The notes beneath the pieces are model-generated. The model had not been told where the DNA came from, ran no database searches, and saw only the letters and a program-made list of their open reading frames with translations. Shown here piece after piece: positions 10,134-19,976 of a stretch of DNA of 64,000 bases (its first letter is position 1; every line of letters begins with the position of its first letter). The stretch comes from a bacterium (GTDB lineage: Bacteria; Hinthialibacterota; Hinthialibacteria; Hinthialibacterales; Hinthialibacteraceae), in NCBI GenBank assembly GCA_041946805.1, contig JBHGBC010000001.1, positions 135,588 through 199,587 on the forward strand, in the 5' to 3' direction. Made by a program: the position numbers and the translations under genes.

Positions 10134-11165
10134 TTACCGCCCTTCCCGAATCCGGACCCGCACGGCGTCCAGCAGCGCCGCGAAGAGGATGACACCGCCC
10201 TTCACCATCATGATGACAAAAAACGTCAGGCCCAGCATGGTCAGCGTATTATCGATCAGTGTGATGAACAACACGCCGTACACGGTCCAGGACACCTTGC
10301 CTTTCCCGCCGAACAGGCTGGTCCCGCCGATCACCGCCGCCCCGATTACGTCCAGCAGAATCTTATCCCCCAGCGTGGGCGAGCCGGTCTCGATCCGCGC
10401 CGTGTACAAAACCGCCGCCGCCGCCCCGCAGAGGCCGCTGAACGTGTACGCGAACCAGATCGTCCCACTCACCGGCACGCCGGAGACACGCGCAGTCTTC
10501 GGATTGTGACCCACCGCGTACAGCCACCGTCCCAACACCGTGCAGTGGAGGAGGTAATGCCCCACTCCCGCCACCCCGGCCGCGATCCATAAGGCGTACG
10601 GGATGCCCAATATCCCGCCCGATCCCAGCGCGTTGAACGCGGGCGGCAGGTTGAAAATGTTGCGGGACTGGGTGAACCAGATGGCGGATCCCCGGAAGAA
10701 CATCATGGTGGTCAAGGTCACGATGAAGGGAGGCATGCGGAACAATGTTATAGCCGCGCCGTTCACGAGACCCATCGCCAGGCCGGTGCATCCCATCACG
10801 GCCACGCCCAATCCGGCCGCCAGGGGAGTCCCCGGTGTGTAAAACGAATTCTCCCCGGTCATCACCGCCGCGCCCATCACGCTGGCCAGGGAAATTGTGG
10901 ACGTGACCGACAAATCGATCCCCGCCGTGATCAGCACGAAAGTCTGCCCCACCGCCACGATCAACAACGGCAAGAGGTTGGAAAACAGGTTGCGTAGATT
11001 ACTAACCGTGGCCAGGCTGGGCTGGATCATGACCAAAAGCAGAAAATACGCCACGCTGACGTACAGGATGAAATATTCCGGCAGCAGGAACGATTTCCAC
11101 CGCTCACGCAGAGCGGCTAAGAAAACCATCGCCGGGGAGGAAGAAGGAGGATGTTTTACGTCCAT
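10134..11165 (-). CDS. Sugar ABC transporter permease (RbsC family)
   Basis: AGIDLSV, MPPFIVTL and AAVIGGTSLFGGKG. Confidence 0.92.
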   Translation of the reverse strand: MDVKHPPSSSPAMVFLAALRERWKSFLLPEYFILYVSVAYFLLLVMIQPSLATVSNLRNLFSNLLPLLIVAVGQTFVLITAGIDLSVTSTISLASVMGAAVMTGENSFYTPGTPLAAGLGVAVMGCTGLAMGLVNGAAITLFRMPPFIVTLTTMMFFRGSAIWFTQSRNIFNLPPAFNALGSGGILGIPYALWIAAGVAGVGHYLLHCTVLGRWLYAVGHNPKTARVSGVPVSGTIWFAYTFSGLCGAAAAVLYTARIETGSPTLGDKILLDVIGAAVIGGTSLFGGKGKVSWTVYGVLFITLIDNTLTMLGLTFFVIMMVKGGVILFAALLDAVRVRIREGR

Positions 11166-11428
11166 GCGGTTGGTCTGCGTGAATCCCCCAAGTCCCCTCT
11201 TCCTCTGGGAGAAGGTCAGGGTGAGGAAATATTTGCCGGGGCGGACCTGGCTTACTCAGCCAGGTTCGTCCTCCCATCCCGTAGGGGCACGATGCAATGT
11301 GCCTCTACTATACATTCGGCTCACCCGGAGGTTCGCCCTCCCGTTCCTCGCCACGGCCCTTGGCCTTTAAGGGAGGGCGAGGCTCCCGCCGGGCCGGCTG
11401 TTTTGGCATGGTTTATGAATGGGGCGCC

Positions 11429-12481
11429 TCACCGGGCCATATTCGCCCCCCACATGCGCGGCGCCATCTCCTGGAGGTTGTCCTGGTGAATGACGAAACC
11501 CGGATCCCGGATCACGGTGGGGACTTCCTTCCCGGCCCGCAGATCGAGGATCGCCTGCACCGCCCGGGAACTCTCGAAAGCCATATCCTGCACTCCGTCC
11601 GCGTCCAGATAGCCGTCCACCAGCAACTGATACGCGGCCGCGTCTCCGTCGAATCCCCCCAGCATCACATGCCCTTCTTCCCTGAAGGTTTTGTATTTCC
11701 CCGCGGTCTTCAGGGCCGAGACGATCGCCGGCAGATGCAGATCGGACGAGGTGAAGATGAAATTGATGTCTGGATTGGCCTGCAGCGCGTTGGTCACTCC
11801 GGCCAGGGCTTTTTCGTTGTTCCATTCCGCCGGCACGCGCTGGGTGTCCTCGATCACGTCCGCGTATTGCTTGATGACCTCGTCATAGCCGTCCCGCCGT
11901 TGGATGGCGTTGATGTCCCCCAGGTCGCCAATGAGGATCATGGCCTTGTATTTCCGCCCCGACGCTTTCGCCTGGTCGGCCATATAGGTCACCGTGGCCT
12001 TGGTGATCTCCTTGTTGTCGGCCACCACGGTCACCGATTTCGCGCTGCTCTCCGCCGGGGGACGGTTGTACAAGACGATGGGGATGCCGGCCCGGTTGGC
12101 CTCCTTGATCATCTTCACCACGCTCTGCGCGTCCTTCGGGGCAATGATGATGCCATCTACCCCCTGGGCGATGAAATTGTTAACCTGCTCGAACTGGCGG
12201 TTGGCGTCGTTGTCGGCGATGGCCTCCACCACCCGGATGTTCCGCTTCTTGAGTTCCGCCCGCATGGTCTCGATGCTCGCCACCCAATACTCTGTCTGCA
12301 GGGTGTCGAAGGCCACGCCAATGGTAAGATCCGTCCCGGGCGTCTCTCCACTATCCGGAGGATTGCCGCATCCCGCCAGCCACGCGCCGCCCGCCAGGGC
12401 CGCCGCGCCGAGGCTGTTGCGCAATAATCCCCGCCGGGATATCCCGTCCCCCCCGGCCTGGTGGCGCGTTGTGTGTTCCAT
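11429..12481 (-). CDS. Sugar ABC transporter substrate-binding lipoprotein (RbsB family)
   Basis: Periplasmic binding protein motifs (QGVDGIII, GFDG); SRRGLL twin-Arg motif plus LAGC lipobox; start placed at ATG 12481. Confidence 0.88.
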   Translation of the reverse strand: MEHTTRHQAGGDGISRRGLLRNSLGAAALAGGAWLAGCGNPPDSGETPGTDLTIGVAFDTLQTEYWVASIETMRAELKKRNIRVVEAIADNDANRQFEQVNNFIAQGVDGIIIAPKDAQSVVKMIKEANRAGIPIVLYNRPPAESSAKSVTVVADNKEITKATVTYMADQAKASGRKYKAMILIGDLGDINAIQRRDGYDEVIKQYADVIEDTQRVPAEWNNEKALAGVTNALQANPDINFIFTSSDLHLPAIVSALKTAGKYKTFREEGHVMLGGFDGDAAAYQLLVDGYLDADGVQDMAFESSRAVQAILDLRAGKEVPTVIRDPGFVIHQDNLQEMAPRMWGANMAR

Positions 12482-13207
12482 GTCCCCTTCTCCCACACGA
12501 GGGAAAGCGGCTCCCTCTGAACATCCGTTCATGCTTGAACAGTCTCTCATACGGTACGGAGGATTGCCGGGTGTGTCAAGGTTCAATCCCGGGAATAGCG
12601 AACGAGGGGAGAGGATTGATTCTTTGCGGTTGTATTGCACGTGTCATCCCCGCGCAAGCGGGGATCCAGGTAATCGGCTCCTGGGGAAGAGCGACGCTCC
12701 CTCCGAGCCGTTGGCTTCCACAATGCGGCTGGCATAGTAGCGGCTCCCCTGGTGAATCGCCTTCCCATTCCGTGCAAGAAATGGCTAGCCAAGGATTTGA
12801 AATGAACGAAAATTATTAGTACGTTGATCGGTGAGAAGCATGATCCTCTATAAAGAATGCGACGGACCTTGATCCAAGCCCATGGCCGCCGGAACGTATC
12901 AACCAAGGCTCTTCCGGCAAGCGCGTCACTTTTTTACCCGATGCCCGGTCCGCCTCTCATCGAGGTGATCGAGGTGAAACACCCCAAAATTCCCTCTCCC
13001 TCTGGGAGAAGGAGTCTATTCATCTCATACAAGGGTCAGGGGGAGGGCGCTTTCGAATGGACCTTGGGATTATCCATCCTACATGGAAGTGGATTGAACC
13101 GCATTGTCAGTAACATGTACACACTTTCCGGATGCGCCATAAAAAAGCGCCGGGACTGACACGAAACAGCCCCTCGATTCGTATTATAGAGTAGTATAGA
13201 GATTCCC

Positions 13208-14758
13208 ATGACGCCTGAGCTCGAGTGCTGTTACCGGGACTGTCTGAGTGAGAACCAAAAACTGGAGATCGATGCATCTGTCCGGGAAGGAGAAGTTTTT
13301 GTCTGTCCATGTGAAAGAAAACGAGTGGTGGTTTGGCGCGATACTGGAGAAAAGAAGGTTCTCTTCCCACTCGGCCAGCGCTATCATCCCCTGACAGGCC
13401 AAGTACTTACGAATAAACCGCCGATCATCTCGCAATTCCGCGGCGAATCCCGGGGCGGCTTGGGATTTTGGGAATCCAGCGCGGACGATCTCCCCGATTT
13501 GACCTACGATCCTTTCCCCGTTCCACCCGCGGCCGGCAATATTGCCCCCTTGCACCACGATATCCTCCAAGTCCCTCCACCCGCTGTCGGGGGAAGTTAC
13601 CTCGCCCACCGGGCCTTGGACGCGGCGCAGTGGTATTTCTGGTCCCTGGCCACGGGACGGGTGGCGCTCCAGGTATCCGGGGGGGAAGGCTTGGGTCTGG
13701 CCGCCGCGCCCATCGGCGAAATCAGCGGCCTCGGACTCTTGGTCAAACCGGATGAGTTCCATCATTACGCCGTTCTCCCCGATCTGGATCCCAATCCCTT
13801 GATCATTAAGTTGTCATCGCCCGCCTGTCCCAACGCCGCCCCGTTGATGACCGCCCAGATCCGGACCGGAGAGGATGCTTTTGAAGCCCGGAAAGTGTTT
13901 GTCGCCGCCGCAACCGGGCTGCACTGGTTCGATTTCAACGCGTGCCCGGTTCCGGGCCAAACCGTACGCTTCCAGGAATGCCAGAACTGGACGGGTGATC
14001 CCCGGTTGTTTTGGTCTCCCGTGTATTTTCCGGATGCGAATGAATACGGGACCGGGGCGGTGGTGACCTTCCACGCGAACGGCTGGGCGTATGTGACCTG
14101 GCTGGACCGCCGGGGCGTTCCCGCGGGGGCGGACTCCATTCGCATCGCGGAAGGCGACGGTCATGTCCTGTTGCCGCCCGTGGTGACGCGCGACGGCCTG
14201 TGGTGCCTCACGGTCTCACCCCGGTCCGCCCGGATCGGACTGATCGGCAGTCCCGGCCTTTTGCGCAATCCTCCGGACTGGCGCAACGCCGGCTGGTTTC
14301 CCTGGATCATGGAACCGGAAGACCCCATTCCGGCCGATGCCTGGGCCTGGACTCCGCTGGTGGCCGACAGCCGAAGGATGCATGGCGCCGGAATCAGCCG
14401 TGTGGTCTTTTTGCATAACCGGGAACTGGTGTTCCTGGACCGCAACCGCTTGAATCTCGACCGGGGCAGCCGGTTTTCCACCATCCATCCCAATCCGCTT
14501 CCGATAGGATTCAAGGCCGGCGCGGCGTTCGCCCGGGCGCGGAAGGAACATATTTTCCTGTTCGATCTCCTCACGGGCCGCGTCTGCCTTTTCGACGCGC
14601 GGAACCGGACCTGGACCGAACACGCGGCTTTGAATCCGGCGGTATTGTCGAATCTCCTGGGCGGGCCGGTCTGGTGCGGAGATAGTGTGATCTGGCCGAC
14701 ACGCACGGGATTGCATAAAATCAAGATTCATACAAATCATGGGGTGGCCGCGGGATGA
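13208..14758 (+). CDS. Hypothetical protein, Cys-rich N-terminus and PQQ/BamB-like beta-propeller-like C-terminal region
   Basis: 516 aa; blade-like motifs WSPVY, LPPVV, WTPLV and GGPVW..VIWPTRTGLHKI; stop overlaps next start (ATGA). Confidence 0.65.
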   Translation: MTPELECCYRDCLSENQKLEIDASVREGEVFVCPCERKRVVVWRDTGEKKVLFPLGQRYHPLTGQVLTNKPPIISQFRGESRGGLGFWESSADDLPDLTYDPFPVPPAAGNIAPLHHDILQVPPPAVGGSYLAHRALDAAQWYFWSLATGRVALQVSGGEGLGLAAAPIGEISGLGLLVKPDEFHHYAVLPDLDPNPLIIKLSSPACPNAAPLMTAQIRTGEDAFEARKVFVAAATGLHWFDFNACPVPGQTVRFQECQNWTGDPRLFWSPVYFPDANEYGTGAVVTFHANGWAYVTWLDRRGVPAGADSIRIAEGDGHVLLPPVVTRDGLWCLTVSPRSARIGLIGSPGLLRNPPDWRNAGWFPWIMEPEDPIPADAWAWTPLVADSRRMHGAGISRVVFLHNRELVFLDRNRLNLDRGSRFSTIHPNPLPIGFKAGAAFARARKEHIFLFDLLTGRVCLFDARNRTWTEHAALNPAVLSNLLGGPVWCGDSVIWPTRTGLHKIKIHTNHGVAAG

Positions 14759-16521
14759 GCCGATCGAAATCCGAAACACGCGTGTATTGCACAACATTGC
14801 TCCTGACTGTCCTGCTGGGAGGAGCGCTCCTGGCGGCGCCCGCGGCCCGGCCGGGTGCCGAACCGTTCGCCCGCCGGGTCATTCTGCTGTGGGACGGTTC
14901 GCAAAGCATGGTGAAACGCCTGGACCGGGAGAAAATCCCGCCGGCGACCGTTTGGATGGCGCGCGACACCGACCTGGAACGCCTGGAACGGTACGTTTAT
15001 GAGCTGCTGTTCCACGATTCTCTCCCGCCCGTCACGGACCGGGACATGATCGATACGCATACGAAGGCCCCCACGCCTCCCCTTCCCCTCGCGGATGAAA
15101 ACACCCTCCTGACCGCCTACCTCTTCAACAGCGAGCGCGCTCCGAAGTTTTCCATGCGGCGGGAGATCCTGCCTCCCGGTCCGGACCGGGAAGAGCGGCT
15201 GCGGCAATTTCTCCCCCGCCCGAACCAGGCGGATCCGCGATACATGGGCCTCGAAACCAACTTGGTGCGGCCCCTGCTGGAGGCGGTTTATGATCCGGAA
15301 ATCACCGGCCGGATCGTCCCCCATACGGACCAAACCTACCTGGTGATGGTCACCGATGATGTTCAGGAATCATTGGAACCCTACACGGATCAATCCGTCG
15401 TGCAAAAGCATCTTGAACTGGATCACCGCCGTCAAAAATTGCTGACGTACGTGGTGAGCTGTCAACCCAGCCTTCTGGAAAAAAGCCATCAGATTCTGAT
15501 CAGTCTCTACCAAATTTTTGACAAACCGATCGCGGCCACCCCCACGCCATTGGTCACCGCCGCCGCGGCCACGCCCACTCCCGAATCCACCCCCACACCC
15601 GTACCGGATGCCGGCCCTCCCCCTCCGGCGGTGATCAAGGCCGTCATCCCGCCCGATGGCCTCGCGGTCCTGCTGGAGGACGGCCGCCTGATTTCTTCCC
15701 CCTTCCGCGTGGAGGTGGATGGGAATCCCAGCCGCTCCGCCCCTCTGCCATCCCTCGACGCGAGCCTGCTGGATCAAGGAAATAATGTGATTGCCACCGG
15801 CCGCCTCGAGTTTCCGAACGCGACGGCCTTGCCCGCGGAAGGCCGCCTGGTCTTCGCCACGTTTTCCGAAAAGGGGTGGCCCGCCGCGGGACGACTAGCC
15901 TTGCCGGCCCCCGCCGCGGACAACCAGTGGATTCAAGGCGTGAATCCCCTCCAGTTCCCCGCGCGCTTCCAGTCGCATGAATTGCTATGGCTGATGGCGG
16001 GACTCCTGGGATTGGCCGCGGCCGGCTCCGGCGGTTTGGCCTACGCCCGCTGGCGGTTGGCGCCGCCCCGGAGCGTGCGGATTCAATTCACGTTGAATCC
16101 CAACAGCGCCGCCGCGCGCAAGCTGAAGCCCCTGGTCCTCCAGGCGGACGAGCCGGTGACCTTGGGAGAAGACGAACGCGCGGATGGCCCCGCTTTTCCC
16201 GTGAATTGCGAACCGTTGACCTTGGTCTACGAACGGGGGTGGTTCTCGGGGAAGGTGCGTATCTACAATGAGGGAGTCTCGGCGCTGGATTCCACCGGTC
16301 CGGACGAGGAATGGGCCGGGGAATCCATCGGCGCGCCCCCCCGCGAGTGGACGATTCCCTTGAAGCAAGACGAGGGGGGCAGCCGCCTGATCGTTCTCCG
16401 GGAAGCCGATTCCGGTTCCCGGACATGGGAGGTCCGCGTGGAGGCCCGGCCGGGCGAGACCATGGCCGGCGCGGAGGGTTCCGGAAAAAACTGGGAATAC
16501 GAAGGGCCGGCAGGAGGTTGA
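14755..16521 (+). CDS. Single-pass membrane protein with extracytoplasmic vWA-like domain
   Basis: Signal peptide; MIDAS-like LLWDGSQS...ETN...VMVTDD; Pro/Thr linker; TM LLWLMAGLLGLAAAGSGGLAYA; beta-rich cytoplasmic tail. Confidence 0.75.
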   Translation: MSRSKSETRVYCTTLLLTVLLGGALLAAPAARPGAEPFARRVILLWDGSQSMVKRLDREKIPPATVWMARDTDLERLERYVYELLFHDSLPPVTDRDMIDTHTKAPTPPLPLADENTLLTAYLFNSERAPKFSMRREILPPGPDREERLRQFLPRPNQADPRYMGLETNLVRPLLEAVYDPEITGRIVPHTDQTYLVMVTDDVQESLEPYTDQSVVQKHLELDHRRQKLLTYVVSCQPSLLEKSHQILISLYQIFDKPIAATPTPLVTAAAATPTPESTPTPVPDAGPPPPAVIKAVIPPDGLAVLLEDGRLISSPFRVEVDGNPSRSAPLPSLDASLLDQGNNVIATGRLEFPNATALPAEGRLVFATFSEKGWPAAGRLALPAPAADNQWIQGVNPLQFPARFQSHELLWLMAGLLGLAAAGSGGLAYARWRLAPPRSVRIQFTLNPNSAAARKLKPLVLQADEPVTLGEDERADGPAFPVNCEPLTLVYERGWFSGKVRIYNEGVSALDSTGPDEEWAGESIGAPPREWTIPLKQDEGGSRLIVLREADSGSRTWEVRVEARPGETMAGAEGSGKNWEYEGPAGG

Positions 16522-16527
16522 AAAACG

Positions 16528-16923
16528 ATGCAAGCGATTCTCAATCAGATCCACCCGTTTGGGGTGGCCTTGTGGATGATCGGAGGCTTGGCGGGAGGCC
16601 TGTTTATCCTCCAACTCGCCCTTCCCCGGGGCCGGGCGGGGATCCGGGGCACGCCCGAATCGCGGGTGTATCTCTGGACGATCAACTTCCTCCGGCTGCA
16701 TCTGGCGGCGGGCATCGTGCTCGGGGTGTATGAATATATCCAGTGGTTCACTAAACTGGGCATGACGGACCATTTTTACGACTGGTGGCCCATGTTGCTG
16801 ATTTACCTGGCGTGCCTGGCCGTGGATTTCGCCCTGCTCCGGCTGTTGTTCACGTCCAAATACCGGCGGTATCTCCAATCCGCGGACCGCCTGGGGAAAA
16901 CGGGAGGCCAAGAATCATGGTGA
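16528..16923 (+). CDS. Small multi-pass membrane protein
   Basis: 131 aa with three hydrophobic segments; GGAGG RBS; stop overlaps the tubulin-like gene start. Confidence 0.75.
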   Translation: MQAILNQIHPFGVALWMIGGLAGGLFILQLALPRGRAGIRGTPESRVYLWTINFLRLHLAAGIVLGVYEYIQWFTKLGMTDHFYDWWPMLLIYLACLAVDFALLRLLFTSKYRRYLQSADRLGKTGGQESW

Positions 16924-19900
16924 CGCCCTCGGTTTACATCGGCTTGGGCACTTCGGGGACGGAAATCATCCAGGGCGTCCGGCGTTTGTTGTACGATGAA
17001 TACGGCGTGCCCGGCCTGCCCTGTATCCGTTTTCTCAGCCTGGAAACCCATACCAATCTCCCCTCCACGGACCAGGATGTCTACGTGCGCGACGAAAACC
17101 AGGCCTGGCAGCAACTGCAGGTCATTTCCCTCGCCCTGACGCGCATCCAACTGCAACAATTGCGATCCCGGATCGATCCCTCCGGCCAGGAGTATCACCC
17201 CGGCTGGGCCGAGTGGCTCGATCCCCAGGTGCTCATGGGGACCGCCTTCACCACCGGTGCGCGGGGCTGGCGCATGGCCGGCCGCCTCTGCCTGTGGGCC
17301 AATTGGCGAAACGTGTACGAGGGATTGATCCAAACCATCCAAAGCGTCATCCAAGGCCGGGACGAAACGATCTCCTTGCTGGAGAGGCATTACGCCACGA
17401 AAGGCATCAACCGGCCCGACGGCGACCTGGTGGAACCGGCCCTCCGTGTTTACATCTGCGGATCGCTGTGCGGCGGCACGGGTTCCGGCATCTTCTGGGA
17501 GACCGGCTTCCTCGCGCACGAAGCGGTCGCCGACGCCGCCGTGGGGCACGATCCCGACATCCATGGCGTTTTCACCGTGGTGGACCGCAAAACCGCCAAC
17601 AGCCTGCGCCAATCCGATATCGTCTGCTCCATGAACTGCTGGGCGGCGCTGCTGGAATACGACTACTGGGCCAGCGGCCAAAACGCCTATCAGGTCCTGC
17701 ATCCCCTGGATCCCAACAGCCGGTTCCCGGGCATCCCCAACGATTTCGGCCCCTACCAGGTCTTCAACATCATCTCCCCCTCCAACGACAGCGGCTACCG
17801 TTCCGTCAGCTGGAACGGACAGGACTACGACCTGACTCCGCTGCACGTCTCCATCTCCACCTCGCTCTACTTGGACCAGGTGCGTGAAGTGAAAGCCCGC
17901 AAGGACGGCGACCGCGCGCAATACGCCATCACCAACCAGATCAACAAAAAATCCCCCAACGGCCTCTACCGCCAGCGCATCCAGACCTATGGCTTGTCCG
18001 GATTCTACTATCCCAAGTTCATGATCGCCTCGGCGGCCGCCTGCCAACTGGGTAAGGAACTCGTGGAACACTGGTGCGGGGAGGGCAACCGGAACAACGC
18101 CATGCGCGCCGCCCACCGGGATTGGGAAGAGATCTACCTCCTCATCCGTTCCCAACTGCTGCGCGTCGGAAACCTGGATTTCATCGAACACATGCGCAAT
18201 CACCTGCAGGACGCGTTCGACAGCATCGGACCGAAGAACCTGCAGGCCTTGATCAACTACCTGAAAACGCAGGTCCACGTCCCGGTGCTGCCCGGCGCCC
18301 CGCTCCTCCTCGAGGCCTTGCAGCCCAACGGCGCGCTCCACCGCCATTTCGACCAGGAAGCCAACAGCCTGATCACCCTCCTGGTGACGGAAATCACCAA
18401 AAAAGTGGAGCACCATATCAACGCCATCCAATCCGGGGGAACCACCAGCCTGGACGAAGTCGTGCAATACCTGGAGGAATTGCCCCAGCGGATGCGGGAG
18501 ACGATCAACGGCCTTCCCGGCCCCGCCGGCTTGCGGGCGTTCCATATTCCCTGGCCTTCCCTCCGGGGGATGGCCCTGCGGTTCGGCGAGATCAGCAAGG
18601 ACTGGTGGCTGAAGGCCACGTTCTCGCGGAAGGCGATCCAGAAATACTACCTCGCCAAGGCCCTCGAGGAGGTGCAGGAAAAGGTCAAGGAGCAGATCAA
18701 CCAACTGGCCGACCGGGTGACACGGATGATTTGCGAAAAAGCGCTGCCCCGCGTCATCGGCGACTCCGGTCTGGGCGGGTTCCAATCCTCGACGCTGTAC
18801 GACGACAACCGCGAGCGGTTGAACCGCCTCCGCAACCGGATCGCGCCCGCCCTGCAAAACCGCTGGCAGGACATCACCCGCGAGCGCACCTTCGGCAGCC
18901 TGCGCATGGTCACCAGCCGCGATACCATCGCCCAGGACGCGGAACTCCTGGCCAACGCCGTGCGCGCCCGCCTGCGCCCCGCCGAAGTCTACCGCGAACT
19001 GCTCACGGACGGGACGCAATCCGTGAGTTTCTATCATTTCCTTTGCCAGGAAGCCGGACAGATCGAACAAAAACTGATTCAGTACTACCAGCCGGAATGC
19101 TGGCGGGCGGCGCAATCGGTCAATATCCTCAATCAATTGGCCACGGACCGCTATTCCCTGCAAACCTTGCTGGAAACCGCCCGCGGTTCCCATCCCTGGC
19201 TGCAGTTCACCGGCGGCCAGGTCCCCGACAAGGGCTGCGACGAACCGGATATGATCATCGGGCCGCGGGGATCGGAAGCCCGGCTGAACCAAATCGTCAA
19301 CCAAGTGCGGACCCAGGATGACAACCTGCCCGCATTTCAGCCGGTGGAGGGCATCCTCGACAACATGGTGGTGTTCTACCACGAGGCGGCCGCGCTCTCG
19401 CTCCAGGATTGGCAACTCGAATCCACGCTGGACAACCTCCTGCAGCACGGGGGACGGACGGAAACCGACGACCCCGTCATGACCCCGTTCAATAACCATT
19501 ACACCCACAAGCTGGGTACTCTCCGCTATCATCCCAAGCTGCGGCGGATCATCGCGGATTTGAATTTCTGGATCGAGGCCGCCACCCTCTTCCGGGAACC
19601 GATGCTTACCCAGGATTTTCTCTACCTCGATCCCCAAAACGGGCATCTCACCTACGTCTATACCTCCAAGATGGGCCTGCGGGACACCGTGGACCTGACC
19701 GTGGAGGGCGAGATCTCCGAATTCGCCCGGGCCGATGACGGCGAGGCGGCGCGCGGATTCATCGAACGCGTGCGGGAAGTGCTCAATGACCTGGGGCGGG
19801 ACAACGTGGAAGACCTGGGTAACGCCTTGTGGGAGGCCCAGGCCGATGACCGGAATCAACAACGGAAGATCAAGGAAACCACCGAACGGGTAATCCACCA

Positions 19901-19976
19901 ATTATTTCCCGGGGAATCGCGGAGGCGGACGGAAAAAACGCCCCCGCCGGCCCTCCCCCCCCGCAACGAACCATGA
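16917..19976 (+). CDS. Tubulin/FtsZ-superfamily GTPase (Tubulin_2 / FtsZ-like family) with long helical C-terminus
   Basis: VYIGLGTSG, GARGWRMAGRL and the tubulin signature GSLCGGTGSG (17472-17489); ATG 16917 with GGAGG RBS; ~1019 aa. Confidence 0.88.
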   Translation: MVTPSVYIGLGTSGTEIIQGVRRLLYDEYGVPGLPCIRFLSLETHTNLPSTDQDVYVRDENQAWQQLQVISLALTRIQLQQLRSRIDPSGQEYHPGWAEWLDPQVLMGTAFTTGARGWRMAGRLCLWANWRNVYEGLIQTIQSVIQGRDETISLLERHYATKGINRPDGDLVEPALRVYICGSLCGGTGSGIFWETGFLAHEAVADAAVGHDPDIHGVFTVVDRKTANSLRQSDIVCSMNCWAALLEYDYWASGQNAYQVLHPLDPNSRFPGIPNDFGPYQVFNIISPSNDSGYRSVSWNGQDYDLTPLHVSISTSLYLDQVREVKARKDGDRAQYAITNQINKKSPNGLYRQRIQTYGLSGFYYPKFMIASAAACQLGKELVEHWCGEGNRNNAMRAAHRDWEEIYLLIRSQLLRVGNLDFIEHMRNHLQDAFDSIGPKNLQALINYLKTQVHVPVLPGAPLLLEALQPNGALHRHFDQEANSLITLLVTEITKKVEHHINAIQSGGTTSLDEVVQYLEELPQRMRETINGLPGPAGLRAFHIPWPSLRGMALRFGEISKDWWLKATFSRKAIQKYYLAKALEEVQEKVKEQINQLADRVTRMICEKALPRVIGDSGLGGFQSSTLYDDNRERLNRLRNRIAPALQNRWQDITRERTFGSLRMVTSRDTIAQDAELLANAVRARLRPAEVYRELLTDGTQSVSFYHFLCQEAGQIEQKLIQYYQPECWRAAQSVNILNQLATDRYSLQTLLETARGSHPWLQFTGGQVPDKGCDEPDMIIGPRGSEARLNQIVNQVRTQDDNLPAFQPVEGILDNMVVFYHEAAALSLQDWQLESTLDNLLQHGGRTETDDPVMTPFNNHYTHKLGTLRYHPKLRRIIADLNFWIEAATLFREPMLTQDFLYLDPQNGHLTYVYTSKMGLRDTVDLTVEGEISEFARADDGEAARGFIERVREVLNDLGRDNVEDLGNALWEAQADDRNQQRKIKETTERVIHQLFPGESRRRTEKTPPPALPPRNEP

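Noticed and set aside
16803..19901. 1032-aa minus-strand ORF
   Set aside because: Antisense shadow of the tubulin-like gene in GC-rich DNA; no motifs
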